Source: Dehalococcoidia bacterium
Lineage (GTDB): Bacteria > Chloroflexota > Dehalococcoidia > Lucifugimonadales > JAGWBF01
DNA: 64,000 nucleotides
Direction: 5' to 3'
Assembly: GCA_965197415.1 (NCBI GenBank)
Contig: OZ240207.1
Span: 2,197,853-2,261,852, forward strand
Shown one piece after another: positions 20,507 through 28,812 of this stretch (within the stretch, counting starts at the first letter, position 1; every line of letters begins with the position of its first letter). Below the pieces are notes generated by a model. That model did not search any database and was not told where the DNA came from. It saw nothing but the letters and a program-made list of their open reading frames with translations. Made by a program: the position numbers and the translations under genes.

Positions 20507-20532
20507 ATCGGTTAGTATAATCGGTTAGTATA
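20507..20532 (+). promoter_or_regulatory. Tandem 13-bp repeat (ATCGGTTAGTATA x2) creating TAGTATAAT, a possible -10 element
   Basis: Two exact adjacent copies were read. The junction gives TATAAT about 40 nt upstream of the GTG at 20566. Confidence 0.35.
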
Positions 20533-20565
20533 AGATGTATAGAGCGTAAAGAGAGGTCTGTACCT

Positions 20566-20922
20566 GTGGGAACATTCAAGTGGCCGTTGCGGATTTCCAG
20601 CATGGACGGCCAGCATGTCAGGGAGATAGAAGCGACGGTGGACACCGGCGCCGCCTACACCACGTTGCCAACCCGTCTGCTGCGTGAACTGGGGGTGACA
20701 CCGATGGGCAAGCGCAGGTTTCTGTTGGCCGACGGGCGGCGGATTGAGATGGACTACGGGGAGGCCCGGGCGACCGTCGACGGCGAGAGTGTGACGACTC
20801 TAGTGGTCTTTGGGGAAGACGACGCCCCACCCCTGCTGGGGGCCTATACACTGGAAGGTCTGGCCTTGGCGGTGGACCCGGTGGAGCAGCGATTGGTCCC
20901 AACTCACCTCATCATGTACTAG
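20566..20922 (+). CDS. Retropepsin-like (clan AA) aspartyl protease, single domain
   Basis: 118 aa with a GTG start. It has the VDTGA catalytic triplet context (ATVDTGAAYTTLP) and a size typical of homodimeric retropepsin-like proteins. Confidence 0.65.
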   Translation: MGTFKWPLRISSMDGQHVREIEATVDTGAAYTTLPTRLLRELGVTPMGKRRFLLADGRRIEMDYGEARATVDGESVTTLVVFGEDDAPPLLGAYTLEGLALAVDPVEQRLVPTHLIMY

Positions 20923-21034
20923 ATGTATTAGGACCGGCTCCGCTCTTGGGCCATACCTGACCATGATGTCGCAAGCAGCATCTAGCAGCCCTTGAAATTC
21001 GGGTTTCATAGGTGCATAATTATTGATGTCAGTC

Positions 21035-21151
21035 CCTTGGCGGTTTTAGCGGTGCGGACCCACCCGTTCCCATCCCGAACACGGAAGTGAAACGCTCCAG
21101 CGCTCACGATACTGCTCCGGCGACGGAGTGGGAAAATAGGCCACTGCCGGG
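21035..21151 (+). rRNA. rrf: 5S ribosomal RNA (isolated copy)
   Basis: CCCACCCGTTCCCATCCCGAACACGGAAGTGAAACGCTCCAGCGC...GGGAAAATAGGCCACTGCCGGGG. The terminal helix pairs CCTTGGCGG with CCACTGCCGGGG, and a T-rich run follows. Confidence 0.9.
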
Positions 21152-21327
21152 GGGCTTTTCTTTTGTAGACAACCCGGCAAATTTTACCGCTCTCAGGCCT
21201 GGAATTGCCGCCCTCGAACCCTTCCATTTGGGGTTTAGGTGTGATAAAGTTATAGCGTTCTCATCGATTGTTAAATAATTCACATACTCACTGCCTCTGA
21301 ACACCGTAGAAAAGAAACCTCGGAACC

Positions 21328-21357
21328 TTTACACCAATCGCGTAAGCGACCTATAAT
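21328..21357 (+). promoter_or_regulatory. Sigma-70-like promoter candidate upstream of clpC (TTTACA - 18 nt - TATAAT)
   Basis: The hexamers were read directly. This would give a leader of about 160 nt containing a hairpin at 21427-21447. Confidence 0.35.
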
Positions 21358-21523
21358 GGGAACATCTAAGCCCCGACGATTGATAAGGAGTTCCCGGGGT
21401 TTCCGCTTGATGTTCCCACGATACGTATAAAGGGCCTTGCGCCCTTTACAATGAGGGTTCACGGGTAGGCTTCAGGAATGACCGTGCCGGAAGGCCAACC
21501 GGCGTAATGAGGGGGTACCTAAA

Positions 21524-24025
21524 ATGGGCAGCAGATTCGAAAAGTTTTCGGAGCGTGCACGCCGGGTCCTCTCCCTGGCCCAGGAAGAGGCCCAAAGGTT
21601 CAACCACAACTACATCGGCACCGAGCACATATTGCTGGGACTGGTGCGTGAAACCGAAGGTGTAGCCGCCCGAGTCCTCTCCAACCTGGGAGTGGACTTG
21701 AGCAAGGTCCGCTCCGCGGTGGAGTTCATCATCGGTCGCGGGGAACGGCCCGCCCAGGGCGAGATAGGTCTGACCCCCAGGGCCAAGAAGGTTGTGGAAC
21801 TGGCGGTGGACGAAGCCCGCCGCATGAACCACACCTACATCGGCACCGAACACCTGCTCATCGGCCTCCTCCGGGAGGGCGAAGGTGTGGCCGCCGGAGT
21901 CCTGGAAAGCCTCAGCGTAACCCTGGACAAGGTGCGCTCCGAGACCCACAGAATCCTCAGCCAGAGTTCTCCCCAGTCGTCTTCCGGCGGATACGGCGCT
22001 AAAAGCTCAACGCGGACCCCCACGCTGGACCAGCTGGGCATCGACCTCACCAAGGCCGCCAGGGACAAGAAACTGGACCCGGTGGTGGGCCGCGACCAGG
22101 AAATCCAGCGGGTCATCCAGATACTCAGCCGCAGGACCAAGAACAATCCCGTGCTGATGGGCGAACCCGGAGTCGGCAAGACTGCCATAGTGGAAGCCCT
22201 GGCACAGCGAATCTCCACGAACGACATTCCAATCACTCTCCAGGACAAGCGCCTGGTCACCCTGGACATGGGCGCCCTGGTTGCGGGCACCAAGTACCGG
22301 GGCGAGTTCGAAGAGCGCCTCAAGAAAGTCGTGGAAGAAATCAAAAACTCTGGCAATTGTGTGCTGTTCATCGACGAGATGCACACCATCGTCGGAGCCG
22401 GAGCCGCCGAAGGGGCAGTGGACGCGGCCAACATCCTGAAGCCTTCGCTGGCCCGCGGAGAGCTACAGTGCATCGGCGCCACCACCATGGACGACTACAG
22501 GAAGCACGTGGAGAGGGACCCCGCCCTCGAACGCCGCTTCCAACCAGTAGTCGTATCCGAGCCCTCGGTGGACGAAACCGTGAGCATCCTTCATGGCATC
22601 AAAGGCCAGTACGAGATACACCACGACTTGACCATATCCGACGACGCGATATCGGCCGCGGCCAGTCTGGCCTCCCGCTTCATCGCCGACCGGTTTCTGC
22701 CCGACAAGGCCATAGACCTGATGGACGAGGCGTCTTCCAGGGTTCGGCTAAGGAACGCCTCTACTCCCCTCTCCGTGCAACAGTCCGAGATGGTGCTGGA
22801 GAACGTGCGGAAAGAGAAGGACGACGCCATAGCCGCTCAGCAGTACGAACATGCGGCTGAACTCCGGGAGAGGGAACTCCGTCTGCTGGAGAGCCTGGAA
22901 AACGACAAAAAAGAGTGGCACGACGAGCTGGGCAGCAACAAGCCCGTGGTCGGCGCCGAGGACATAGCTGAAGTGGTGAGCATGTGGACCGGCATACCCG
23001 TCACCCGGCTGGCCATGGAAGAGACCGAACGATTGCTGCACATGGAGCAGGAAGTCCACAAGAGGATCATCGGACAGGAAGAGGCCATCGTCAACGTATC
23101 CAAGGCGGTGCGCAGGGCCCGCGCCGGGCTAAAGGACCCGAGGCATCCCATAGGCGTGTTCCTGTTCCTGGGACCCACGGGAGTGGGGAAGACCGAGTTG
23201 GTCCGCGCACTGTCGGAGTTCATGTTTGGCAGCGAAGACTCAATGATTCGTCTGGATATGTCCGAGTTCCAGGAGCGGCACACCGTCGCCCGGCTCATCG
23301 GCGCCCCTCCGGGATATATCGGCTACGACGAGGGCGGCCAGCTTACGGAAGCTGTCCGGAGGAAGTCCTACAGCGCCATTCTTCTGGACGAAATCGAGAA
23401 GGCCCACCCCGAGGTGTTCAACGTCCTGCTGCAAATCTTCGACGACGGACATCTGAGCGACGCCAAGGGCCGCAAGGTGGACTTCCGCAACTCCATCATC
23501 GTGATGACCAGCAACCTGGGCTCCGACCTGATAAAGAGGGAGACCGCGCTGGGCTTCTCCATCAAGACGGACCAGGCGCAGTCGGACAAACAACAGTATG
23601 AGCGCATGAAGGACAAGGTGCTGGACGAGGTGAAGCGCTTCTTCAGGCCCGAGTTCCTGAACCGTATCGACGCCACCGTCGTCTTCCACTCTCTGGCTGA
23701 AGAACACATAGTCTCCATAGTGGACCTAATGATGGAACAGGTCAGGTCCGAGTTGAAGGAGAAGGATATCGGCCTTGAGACCACCCAGGCGGCCAAAGAG
23801 TGGCTGGCGGAACACGGCTACGACCCCAACTTCGGCGCAAGGCCGTTGCGCCGGCTTATCCAGGACACAGTCGAGGACAAGCTGTCCGAGGAGCTGCTGT
23901 CAGGGAAAATGGTCGCGGGAGACGTGGCGATTGTGGATGTCGAGGACGACGAGACGGTGATAAGGGTGAAGGGAAAAGAGGAAGCGGAGGACGTAGAAGA
24001 GGTGGCGGCTCTGCCCTCCGCCTGA
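21524..24025 (+). CDS. clpC: ATP-dependent Clp protease ATP-binding subunit ClpC
   Basis: Double Clp-N repeat, two AAA+ modules (GEPGVGKT and GPTGVGKT) and a UVR-like linker ([13 protein letters not shown]). Confidence 0.95.
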   Translation: MGSRFEKFSERARRVLSLAQEEAQRFNHNYIGTEHILLGLVRETEGVAARVLSNLGVDLSKVRSAVEFIIGRGERPAQGEIGLTPRAKKVVELAVDEARRMNHTYIGTEHLLIGLLREGEGVAAGVLESLSVTLDKVRSETHRILSQSSPQSSSGGYGAKSSTRTPTLDQLGIDLTKAARDKKLDPVVGRDQEIQRVIQILSRRTKNNPVLMGEPGVGKTAIVEALAQRISTNDIPITLQDKRLVTLDMGALVAGTKYRGEFEERLKKVVEEIKNSGNCVLFIDEMHTIVGAGAAEGAVDAANILKPSLARGELQCIGATTMDDYRKHVERDPALERRFQPVVVSEPSVDETVSILHGIKGQYEIHHDLTISDDAISAAASLASRFIADRFLPDKAIDLMDEASSRVRLRNASTPLSVQQSEMVLENVRKEKDDAIAAQQYEHAAELRERELRLLESLENDKKEWHDELGSNKPVVGAEDIAEVVSMWTGIPVTRLAMEETERLLHMEQEVHKRIIGQEEAIVNVSKAVRRARAGLKDPRHPIGVFLFLGPTGVGKTELVRALSEFMFGSEDSMIRLDMSEFQERHTVARLIGAPPGYIGYDEGGQLTEAVRRKSYSAILLDEIEKAHPEVFNVLLQIFDDGHLSDAKGRKVDFRNSIIVMTSNLGSDLIKRETALGFSIKTDQAQSDKQQYERMKDKVLDEVKRFFRPEFLNRIDATVVFHSLAEEHIVSIVDLMMEQVRSELKEKDIGLETTQAAKEWLAEHGYDPNFGARPLRRLIQDTVEDKLSEELLSGKMVAGDVAIVDVEDDETVIRVKGKEEAEDVEEVAALPSA

Positions 24026-24053
24026 CCCCCACCCGAAACTAAACCCACACATG

Positions 24054-24082
24054 AATGCGGGGCGTCAATGACGCCCCGCATT
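24054..24082 (+). terminator. Rho-independent terminator after clpC
   Basis: AATGCGGGGCGTC-AAT-GACGCCCCGCATT forms a 13-bp stem, followed by TCGTTTCC. Confidence 0.65.
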
Positions 24083-24123
24083 TCGTTTCCCGGACTCAAC
24101 CCTCCGGGGCAGGAGAACACGGT

Positions 24124-24873
24124 ATGGTGCAGAGTAAATTCGTTGGCGTGGACGGCTGCCCTGAAGGCTGGTTCGTCGTGGGACTCGACGGACATGGCGG
24201 GTATGAAGTTGGCGTGTTCAAGACGTTCAACGAATTGCTGGACCGCTACGCCGGCGCCGAACTGGTCCTCGTGGACATCCCGATAGGACTTCCGGAAGGG
24301 GAGGGCGGGCGTGACTGCGACCGTGAGGCCCGGAAGCGGCTAGGAGGCCGCCGGTCGAGCGTATTCCCAACTCCGACCCGCCAGACCGTAAGGCAAGCAT
24401 CTGAATCACCTAGAGATTACCGTGCCGCCTGTGATGTTGAGCGCAGATTGACCGGTAAGAATATCAGCCAGCAGGCTTTTCGCATAGCTCCCAAGATTGC
24501 ACAAGTCGATATGGCGCTATTGGAGCGGGGTCCGAACGTCGCGCCCAGGGTCAGGGAGGTCCATCCGGAGCTTTGTCTCTGGGCGTTGAACCAAAGGAAG
24601 CCCATGAAGTACGGAAAGAAGAGGGCGGAAGGGCAGAGGGAACGACTCCGGGTCCTTCAAGGGATCGAGCTGCTTACACAAGAGATATTCGACAAGGCTT
24701 GTTCTCGGTTCCTACGGAAGGTCGTGGCCAGGGACGACATTGTGGACGCGCTGGCGCTTGCTGTGACGGCCCACCTAGGCCACCAGCGGTTGCAAACAGT
24801 CCCTGACCGCCCTCCGAGGGACGCCAAGGGATTGCCGATGGAGATTGTGTACTGGGACCCCGAGCTCGGATAG
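24124..24873 (+). CDS. DUF429-family protein (predicted RNase H-fold nuclease)
   Basis: FVGVDGCPEGWFVV N-terminus, then DIPIGLP, and DDIVDALALA near the C-terminus, as remembered for DUF429. The start was set at the internal ATG. Confidence 0.6.
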   Translation: MVQSKFVGVDGCPEGWFVVGLDGHGGYEVGVFKTFNELLDRYAGAELVLVDIPIGLPEGEGGRDCDREARKRLGGRRSSVFPTPTRQTVRQASESPRDYRAACDVERRLTGKNISQQAFRIAPKIAQVDMALLERGPNVAPRVREVHPELCLWALNQRKPMKYGKKRAEGQRERLRVLQGIELLTQEIFDKACSRFLRKVVARDDIVDALALAVTAHLGHQRLQTVPDRPPRDAKGLPMEIVYWDPELG

Positions 24874-24883
24874 GGATAAGGCT

Positions 24884-24903
24884 GGGCGACCGGCCGGTCG
24901 CCC
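24884..24903. repeat. GGGCGACC-GGCC-GGTCGCCC hairpin (dispersed-repeat type, terminator-like)
   Basis: Perfect 8-bp stem lying 10 nt after the DUF429 stop. Confidence 0.45.
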
Positions 24904-25052
24904 CTACACCGTTTGTTCCTCATAGTCTCCGCGAAATGTGCGTCTGCCTAGTGTGACAATGACAATTCTGAGTTGACGTTGGGCGCCTTGGCAAGGTTAA
25001 CTAAGGCGCCTGGGGAGCGTGAGCTTCATCCGGACCGTCCAATCTGGGGGGA

Positions 25053-26447
25053 GTGAAGAGGATGAGTGGAGAACGAAGCCGGACGGTTTTCTTCTGCCGG
25101 GACTGCGGCAACGAAAGCCTCAAATGGATGGGGTTCTGCCCAGCGTGCGGAAGCAAGAACCCGTTGTCGGAGGCCCCGCGCGCCGGTCCGACCACGACCC
25201 CTCGTCGGCGGGCTTTCCATCAGCCAGCAGAACTGGAAGAGCTTTCCGGAATCGAGCCTAACCGGCATCCCAGAATTTCCGTCGGGATTGGGGAGCTGGA
25301 CCGGGTGCTGGGCGGAGGGATCGTGCCGGGCTCGGCGGCGCTCATGGCGGGAGAACCCGGAGTGGGCAAGTCAACCCTGCTGCTCCAGACAGCGGGTCTA
25401 GCCGCGGCCCGGGGACTCAAAGTCGTCTATGTGAGCGGCGAAGAGTCGGCGCAGCAAATCAAAGTGCGCTCAGACCGGCTTGGGATTCAGGGGACGGACG
25501 TATTCCTGCTGTCCGAGACGGACGTGGACGAGGTCATCGAGCGGCTAGACCGTTCCGAGGCTTCGCTGGTCATAATAGACTCGATCCAGGCGCTGCACGC
25601 CGGAGACGTCCAGTCGGGACCCGGAAGCGTGGCGCAAGTCAGGGAGTGCGCGCTCCGGCTAATACGATGGTGCAAGGACATGACGGTCCCTCTGATTATG
25701 TCAGGCCACGTAACCAAGGACGGGGCGTTGGCGGGCCCACGCGCTCTGGAGCACATGGTGGATGTGTCGCTCCACATGGAGGGAGAGAACGCCACTTCCT
25801 ACCGCATCTTGAGAGGGGCTAAAAACCGTTTCGGCTCCACCGACGAGGTGGGCATCTTCAAGATGGACCGAGATGGACTTGTTGAAGTCGACGACCCATC
25901 CAGGGTGCTGCTGGCACACCGACAGCACGGCTCCATCGGGTCCGCCATAGCGCCGGTAATCGAAGGGAGCCGGCCGCTGCTGGTGGAGATTCAATCTCTC
26001 ACCTCACCGTCTATCCTGCCAGCCCCCCGCAGAGTCACCAACGGCACCGACTATAACCGACTGCTGATGTTGTCAGCGGTCCTGAGCCGCCGGGTTGGAC
26101 TAAGCCTGGCAGGCCAGGACATCATAGTGAACGTGGCGGGTGGCCTGCGAATACGAGAGCCGGGGGCAGACCTGGCCACGGCGTTGTCAATAGCATCCAG
26201 TTGCCTCAACTCGCCCCTTCCGGAGGACATGGCAGCCATCGGTGAAGTGGGACTAACCGGAGAGCTGAGGCCGGCGCCCCAACTGGAACGCCGCCTGGGA
26301 GAAGCGGCCCGTCTTGGCTTCCGCAAGGCCATCATTCCACCCGCCGGAGCAGGCAACGGGAGAATGCCTGCGCCTGAGGGAATGGAGTTGTCAATCACTC
26401 CTACCCTGGCCGCGGCCGTGCGGCAGAGTCTCGGCGTGGCGGCTTGA
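25053..26447 (+). CDS. radA: DNA repair protein RadA/Sms
   Basis: N-terminal zinc ribbon CRDCGN..CPACGS, RecA-like GEPGVGKST, the KNRFG motif and a Lon-like C-terminal domain. Confidence 0.95.
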   Translation: MKRMSGERSRTVFFCRDCGNESLKWMGFCPACGSKNPLSEAPRAGPTTTPRRRAFHQPAELEELSGIEPNRHPRISVGIGELDRVLGGGIVPGSAALMAGEPGVGKSTLLLQTAGLAAARGLKVVYVSGEESAQQIKVRSDRLGIQGTDVFLLSETDVDEVIERLDRSEASLVIIDSIQALHAGDVQSGPGSVAQVRECALRLIRWCKDMTVPLIMSGHVTKDGALAGPRALEHMVDVSLHMEGENATSYRILRGAKNRFGSTDEVGIFKMDRDGLVEVDDPSRVLLAHRQHGSIGSAIAPVIEGSRPLLVEIQSLTSPSILPAPRRVTNGTDYNRLLMLSAVLSRRVGLSLAGQDIIVNVAGGLRIREPGADLATALSIASSCLNSPLPEDMAAIGEVGLTGELRPAPQLERRLGEAARLGFRKAIIPPAGAGNGRMPAPEGMELSITPTLAAAVRQSLGVAA

Positions 26448-26541
26448 ATCTGCTGCGAGACGAGGGAGATTCAGACAACTCAGCTTCACCTTAACCTTCT
26501 CCCGACAAGGCAGAAGGAAAAGTGAGTGGCGCGTCCCAGGG

Positions 26542-26687
26542 CAGGGTCTTTCGATTGTCACCCCGAGCAGAGCGAGGGGTCTAAAGTCTTAGCCATTTCC
26601 ACCGTTCTGCTGCCAAAGGATTGTAGATTCCTCACTCCGTTTCGGAATGACTGTGGGCCAGGTCCTTCCCATAATCGAAAGACCCTG
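26542..26687. repeat. MITE-like or structured element bounded by perfect 15-bp inverted repeats
   Basis: CAGGGTCTTTCGATT (26542-26556) and AATCGAAAGACCCTG (26673-26687) are exact reverse complements. The interior carries two short repeat-family motifs. Confidence 0.5.
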
Positions 26688-26774
26688 CGTTCCGGGGCGG
26701 TCAGGTTGACGGAAGTTTCCGGCTAGCGTAGAATTCGCAAGGCAGCCCAACCCTCACCCTTCCCGGAGGAGCCT

Positions 26775-26954
26775 ATGTTCGACCGAGAAATGCTGGACCG
26801 GTACTTCACCGAGTTGCGCGACCAATACGCCAACGACCCCGACTGGGAACAGTTGGTCCGAGACTCACACCTGGGTATCGCCAGGTCAGACGCGTCCGTC
26901 GACCTTGGAGACATCGACAGCAGGATCAAGGGACTCATAGAAAAGCACAAGTAG
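26775..26954 (+). CDS. Small hypothetical protein (59 aa)
   Basis: MFDREMLDRYFTELRDQYANDPDWEQLV... GGAGGA lies 5 nt upstream of the ATG. The ORF is below the track size cutoff, and the opposing 92-aa track ORF looks non-coding. Confidence 0.4.
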   Translation: MFDREMLDRYFTELRDQYANDPDWEQLVRDSHLGIARSDASVDLGDIDSRIKGLIEKHK

Positions 26955-27105
26955 TCCGGGCGGAGACAACAGCTCTGGTCCTTTTGCCGCCGACGCCGCA
27001 TTCATGGCCAGAATGAGCGTGCAAATCGCTTGACATAGCCATGCAAACGGCGTATAAACTTATTGTCAAGTATGCCTACTATGGAAGCTTTACGTTTATG
27101 GGAGG

Positions 27106-28410
27106 TTGTCCATGCTTAAGATAGGCCACAGTGTTAGAGTCCCTTCGACGCTGCGGGGGCCAATCCCCGAAGTTGGCGAAGACCCGATTATAGGAGTTCC
27201 CGAGGAGCTGGAGACCGTCCCTGGAGCCCCCCAGGACAAGAAGACGGTGGACTGGTACAGCGTCCACTATCCTCTCGAGAGTCACCAGGTCGAGAATTTC
27301 GTGTACAGGGCTTGGTCACGGGCAGTCAGTGACATCAAAGACACCCGCGAGGAGCACGAGCGGCTGAACAAGCCACTCATCCGTGAGGCCAACCTATCGG
27401 GCACCCTGGAGCCCGAAGGCGAAGCCGACTGGTCCAAGGACTATACGGACGAGATCAAGGATAAGGCCATGGAGTTGGGCTTCTCTATGGTTGGAATTAC
27501 CCCCTACGACAAACGATACGCCTACAAGAGCAAGAAGAACTGGATCAAGCCCTTCCCCAACGCCATATGCCTGGCGCTGGAGCAGCCCTACGAAGAGACC
27601 CAGACCATTCCCAGCGAGCCGGCGGAGGCCGCCGTGTTCGCCACCTACCGGAGAGAGACTGGGATAGCGCTGGCCTTCGCCGAGCACATTCGCTCTCTTG
27701 GGTTTCACGCCCAGATTCACGCGCCCACCGACGCCAGCACCGCCGTCATACCCATGTTCGTCGCGGCGGGTATGGGCCAGCAGGGAGCGATGGGTTACCT
27801 GCTGTCGCCCCACTTCGGCTCCCGACACCGTCTGATGATGATCACCACGGACATGCCTCTTGAAAACGACAGCCCGGTGGACTACGGCATTCACGCCTTC
27901 TGTTCTGTCTGCCAGGTGTGCGTGAACCGCTGCCCGGGCCGCGCCCTCATGCGGGAGAAGGTCTGGTGGAGGGGTGTCGAGAAGTTCAAGCTCATCGCGA
28001 AGAGGTGCCGCCCGGTGATGGCCCGGTATGCCGCATGCGGAATCTGCATGAAGGTATGCCCGATCCAGCGCTACGGCCTGCACAACGTGCTGGAGCACTA
28101 CGCTTCCACCGGAGAGGTGCTGGGCAAGGGCACGCACCTGCTGGAAGGCTTCGAGATGCACGACTCGGGTTACTTCGGCCCTGGCGAGCTTCCCAGGTTC
28201 GACGCTGACTTCTTCCACGTGCCGGAAGGCACCGCCAGCGAGTACCTTCTGAAGGACCTTACCGAGAAGATGACCTCAGGAGAGGTCCCTCAGGGAACAG
28301 ACGGCGACCCCGTATTCGCCGAGTTCCGCTCACGGTTGGAAAATGCAGTCAAAGGTCCCGTCAACGCCATGGACCTGGAGTGGGACGAGGAGGACATGGA
28401 CGAGTTCTAG
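27106..28410 (+). CDS. 4Fe-4S dicluster protein of the QueG / reductive-dehalogenase-like superfamily
   Basis: Two cysteine clusters, CSVCQVCVNRCP and CGICMKVCP, sit in the C-terminal half. The central region resembles the QueG/RdhA core. No TAT signal was seen. Confidence 0.6.
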   Translation: MSMLKIGHSVRVPSTLRGPIPEVGEDPIIGVPEELETVPGAPQDKKTVDWYSVHYPLESHQVENFVYRAWSRAVSDIKDTREEHERLNKPLIREANLSGTLEPEGEADWSKDYTDEIKDKAMELGFSMVGITPYDKRYAYKSKKNWIKPFPNAICLALEQPYEETQTIPSEPAEAAVFATYRRETGIALAFAEHIRSLGFHAQIHAPTDASTAVIPMFVAAGMGQQGAMGYLLSPHFGSRHRLMMITTDMPLENDSPVDYGIHAFCSVCQVCVNRCPGRALMREKVWWRGVEKFKLIAKRCRPVMARYAACGICMKVCPIQRYGLHNVLEHYASTGEVLGKGTHLLEGFEMHDSGYFGPGELPRFDADFFHVPEGTASEYLLKDLTEKMTSGEVPQGTDGDPVFAEFRSRLENAVKGPVNAMDLEWDEEDMDEF

Positions 28411-28440
28411 TCCAGAGTCCTGGAAAAGCGCCCAACGCAG

Positions 28441-28470
28441 AGGGGCGGCGTACTTGAATACGCCGCCCCT
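28441..28470 (+). terminator. Rho-independent terminator
   Basis: AGGGGCGGCGTA-CTTGAA-TACGCCGCCCCT forms a 12-bp stem, followed by TCTTATTG. Confidence 0.65.
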
Positions 28471-28482
28471 TCTTATTGTCTG

Positions 28483-28515
28483 CCCTCACCCCAACCCTCT
28501 CCCTGAGGGAGAGGG
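28483..28515. repeat. 33-nt dispersed palindromic repeat, copy A
   Basis: CCCTCACCCCAACCCTCTCCCTGAGGGAGAGGG is the exact reverse complement of 49284-49316. Confidence 0.9.
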
Positions 28516-28597
28516 AGTTTTGCTAGTGTATCTTCCTCAAGCCATGCCACCTGTCTGTTGACGCCGCAAAAAGCCGCTCCATAAACTGATATTCAAC

Positions 28598-28634
28598 GGG
28601 ACGGACCCGGGCTCCGGGTCCGTCCCCTTTTTTT
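28598..28634 (+). terminator. Strong hairpin plus T7 tract immediately upstream of the head module
   Basis: GGGACGGACCCGG-GCT-CCGGGTCCGTCCC followed by C and TTTTTTT. A sequence-related element lies at 34611-34646. Confidence 0.6.
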
Positions 28635-28647
28635 GTGGAGGGCATAC

Positions 28648-28803
28648 ATGGAATTGCATTGCCGACGCTGCGGAGATGTCCGCCTGATCAGGCTGGCTAA
28701 ACGGCTGGACAAAGACAACGAGGTCTACAGGTGCCGGGGATGCGGCTTCATCTTCAGCCCTTCTGACAGCAGTCCGACCCATGCTCCGGCGCTGGGCGCC
28801 TAG
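28648..28803 (+). CDS. Small zinc-ribbon protein (51 aa) in the position usually held by a small terminase
   Basis: MELHCRRCGDVRLIRLAKRLDKDNEVYRCRGCGFIFSP... has CxxC-x19-CxxC. GGAGGG lies 6 nt upstream. The ORF is below the track cutoff. Confidence 0.5.
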   Translation: MELHCRRCGDVRLIRLAKRLDKDNEVYRCRGCGFIFSPSDSSPTHAPALGA

Positions 28804-28812
28804 GACGGCCTG

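Noticed and set aside
21427-21447. Hairpin TAAAGGGC-CTTGC-GCCCTTTA in the clpC leader, considered as a CtsR-type operator or attenuator.
   Set aside because: No CtsR direct-repeat consensus (GGTCAAA-type) is present, and the hairpin lacks a T-tract. It is noted only within the promoter feature.
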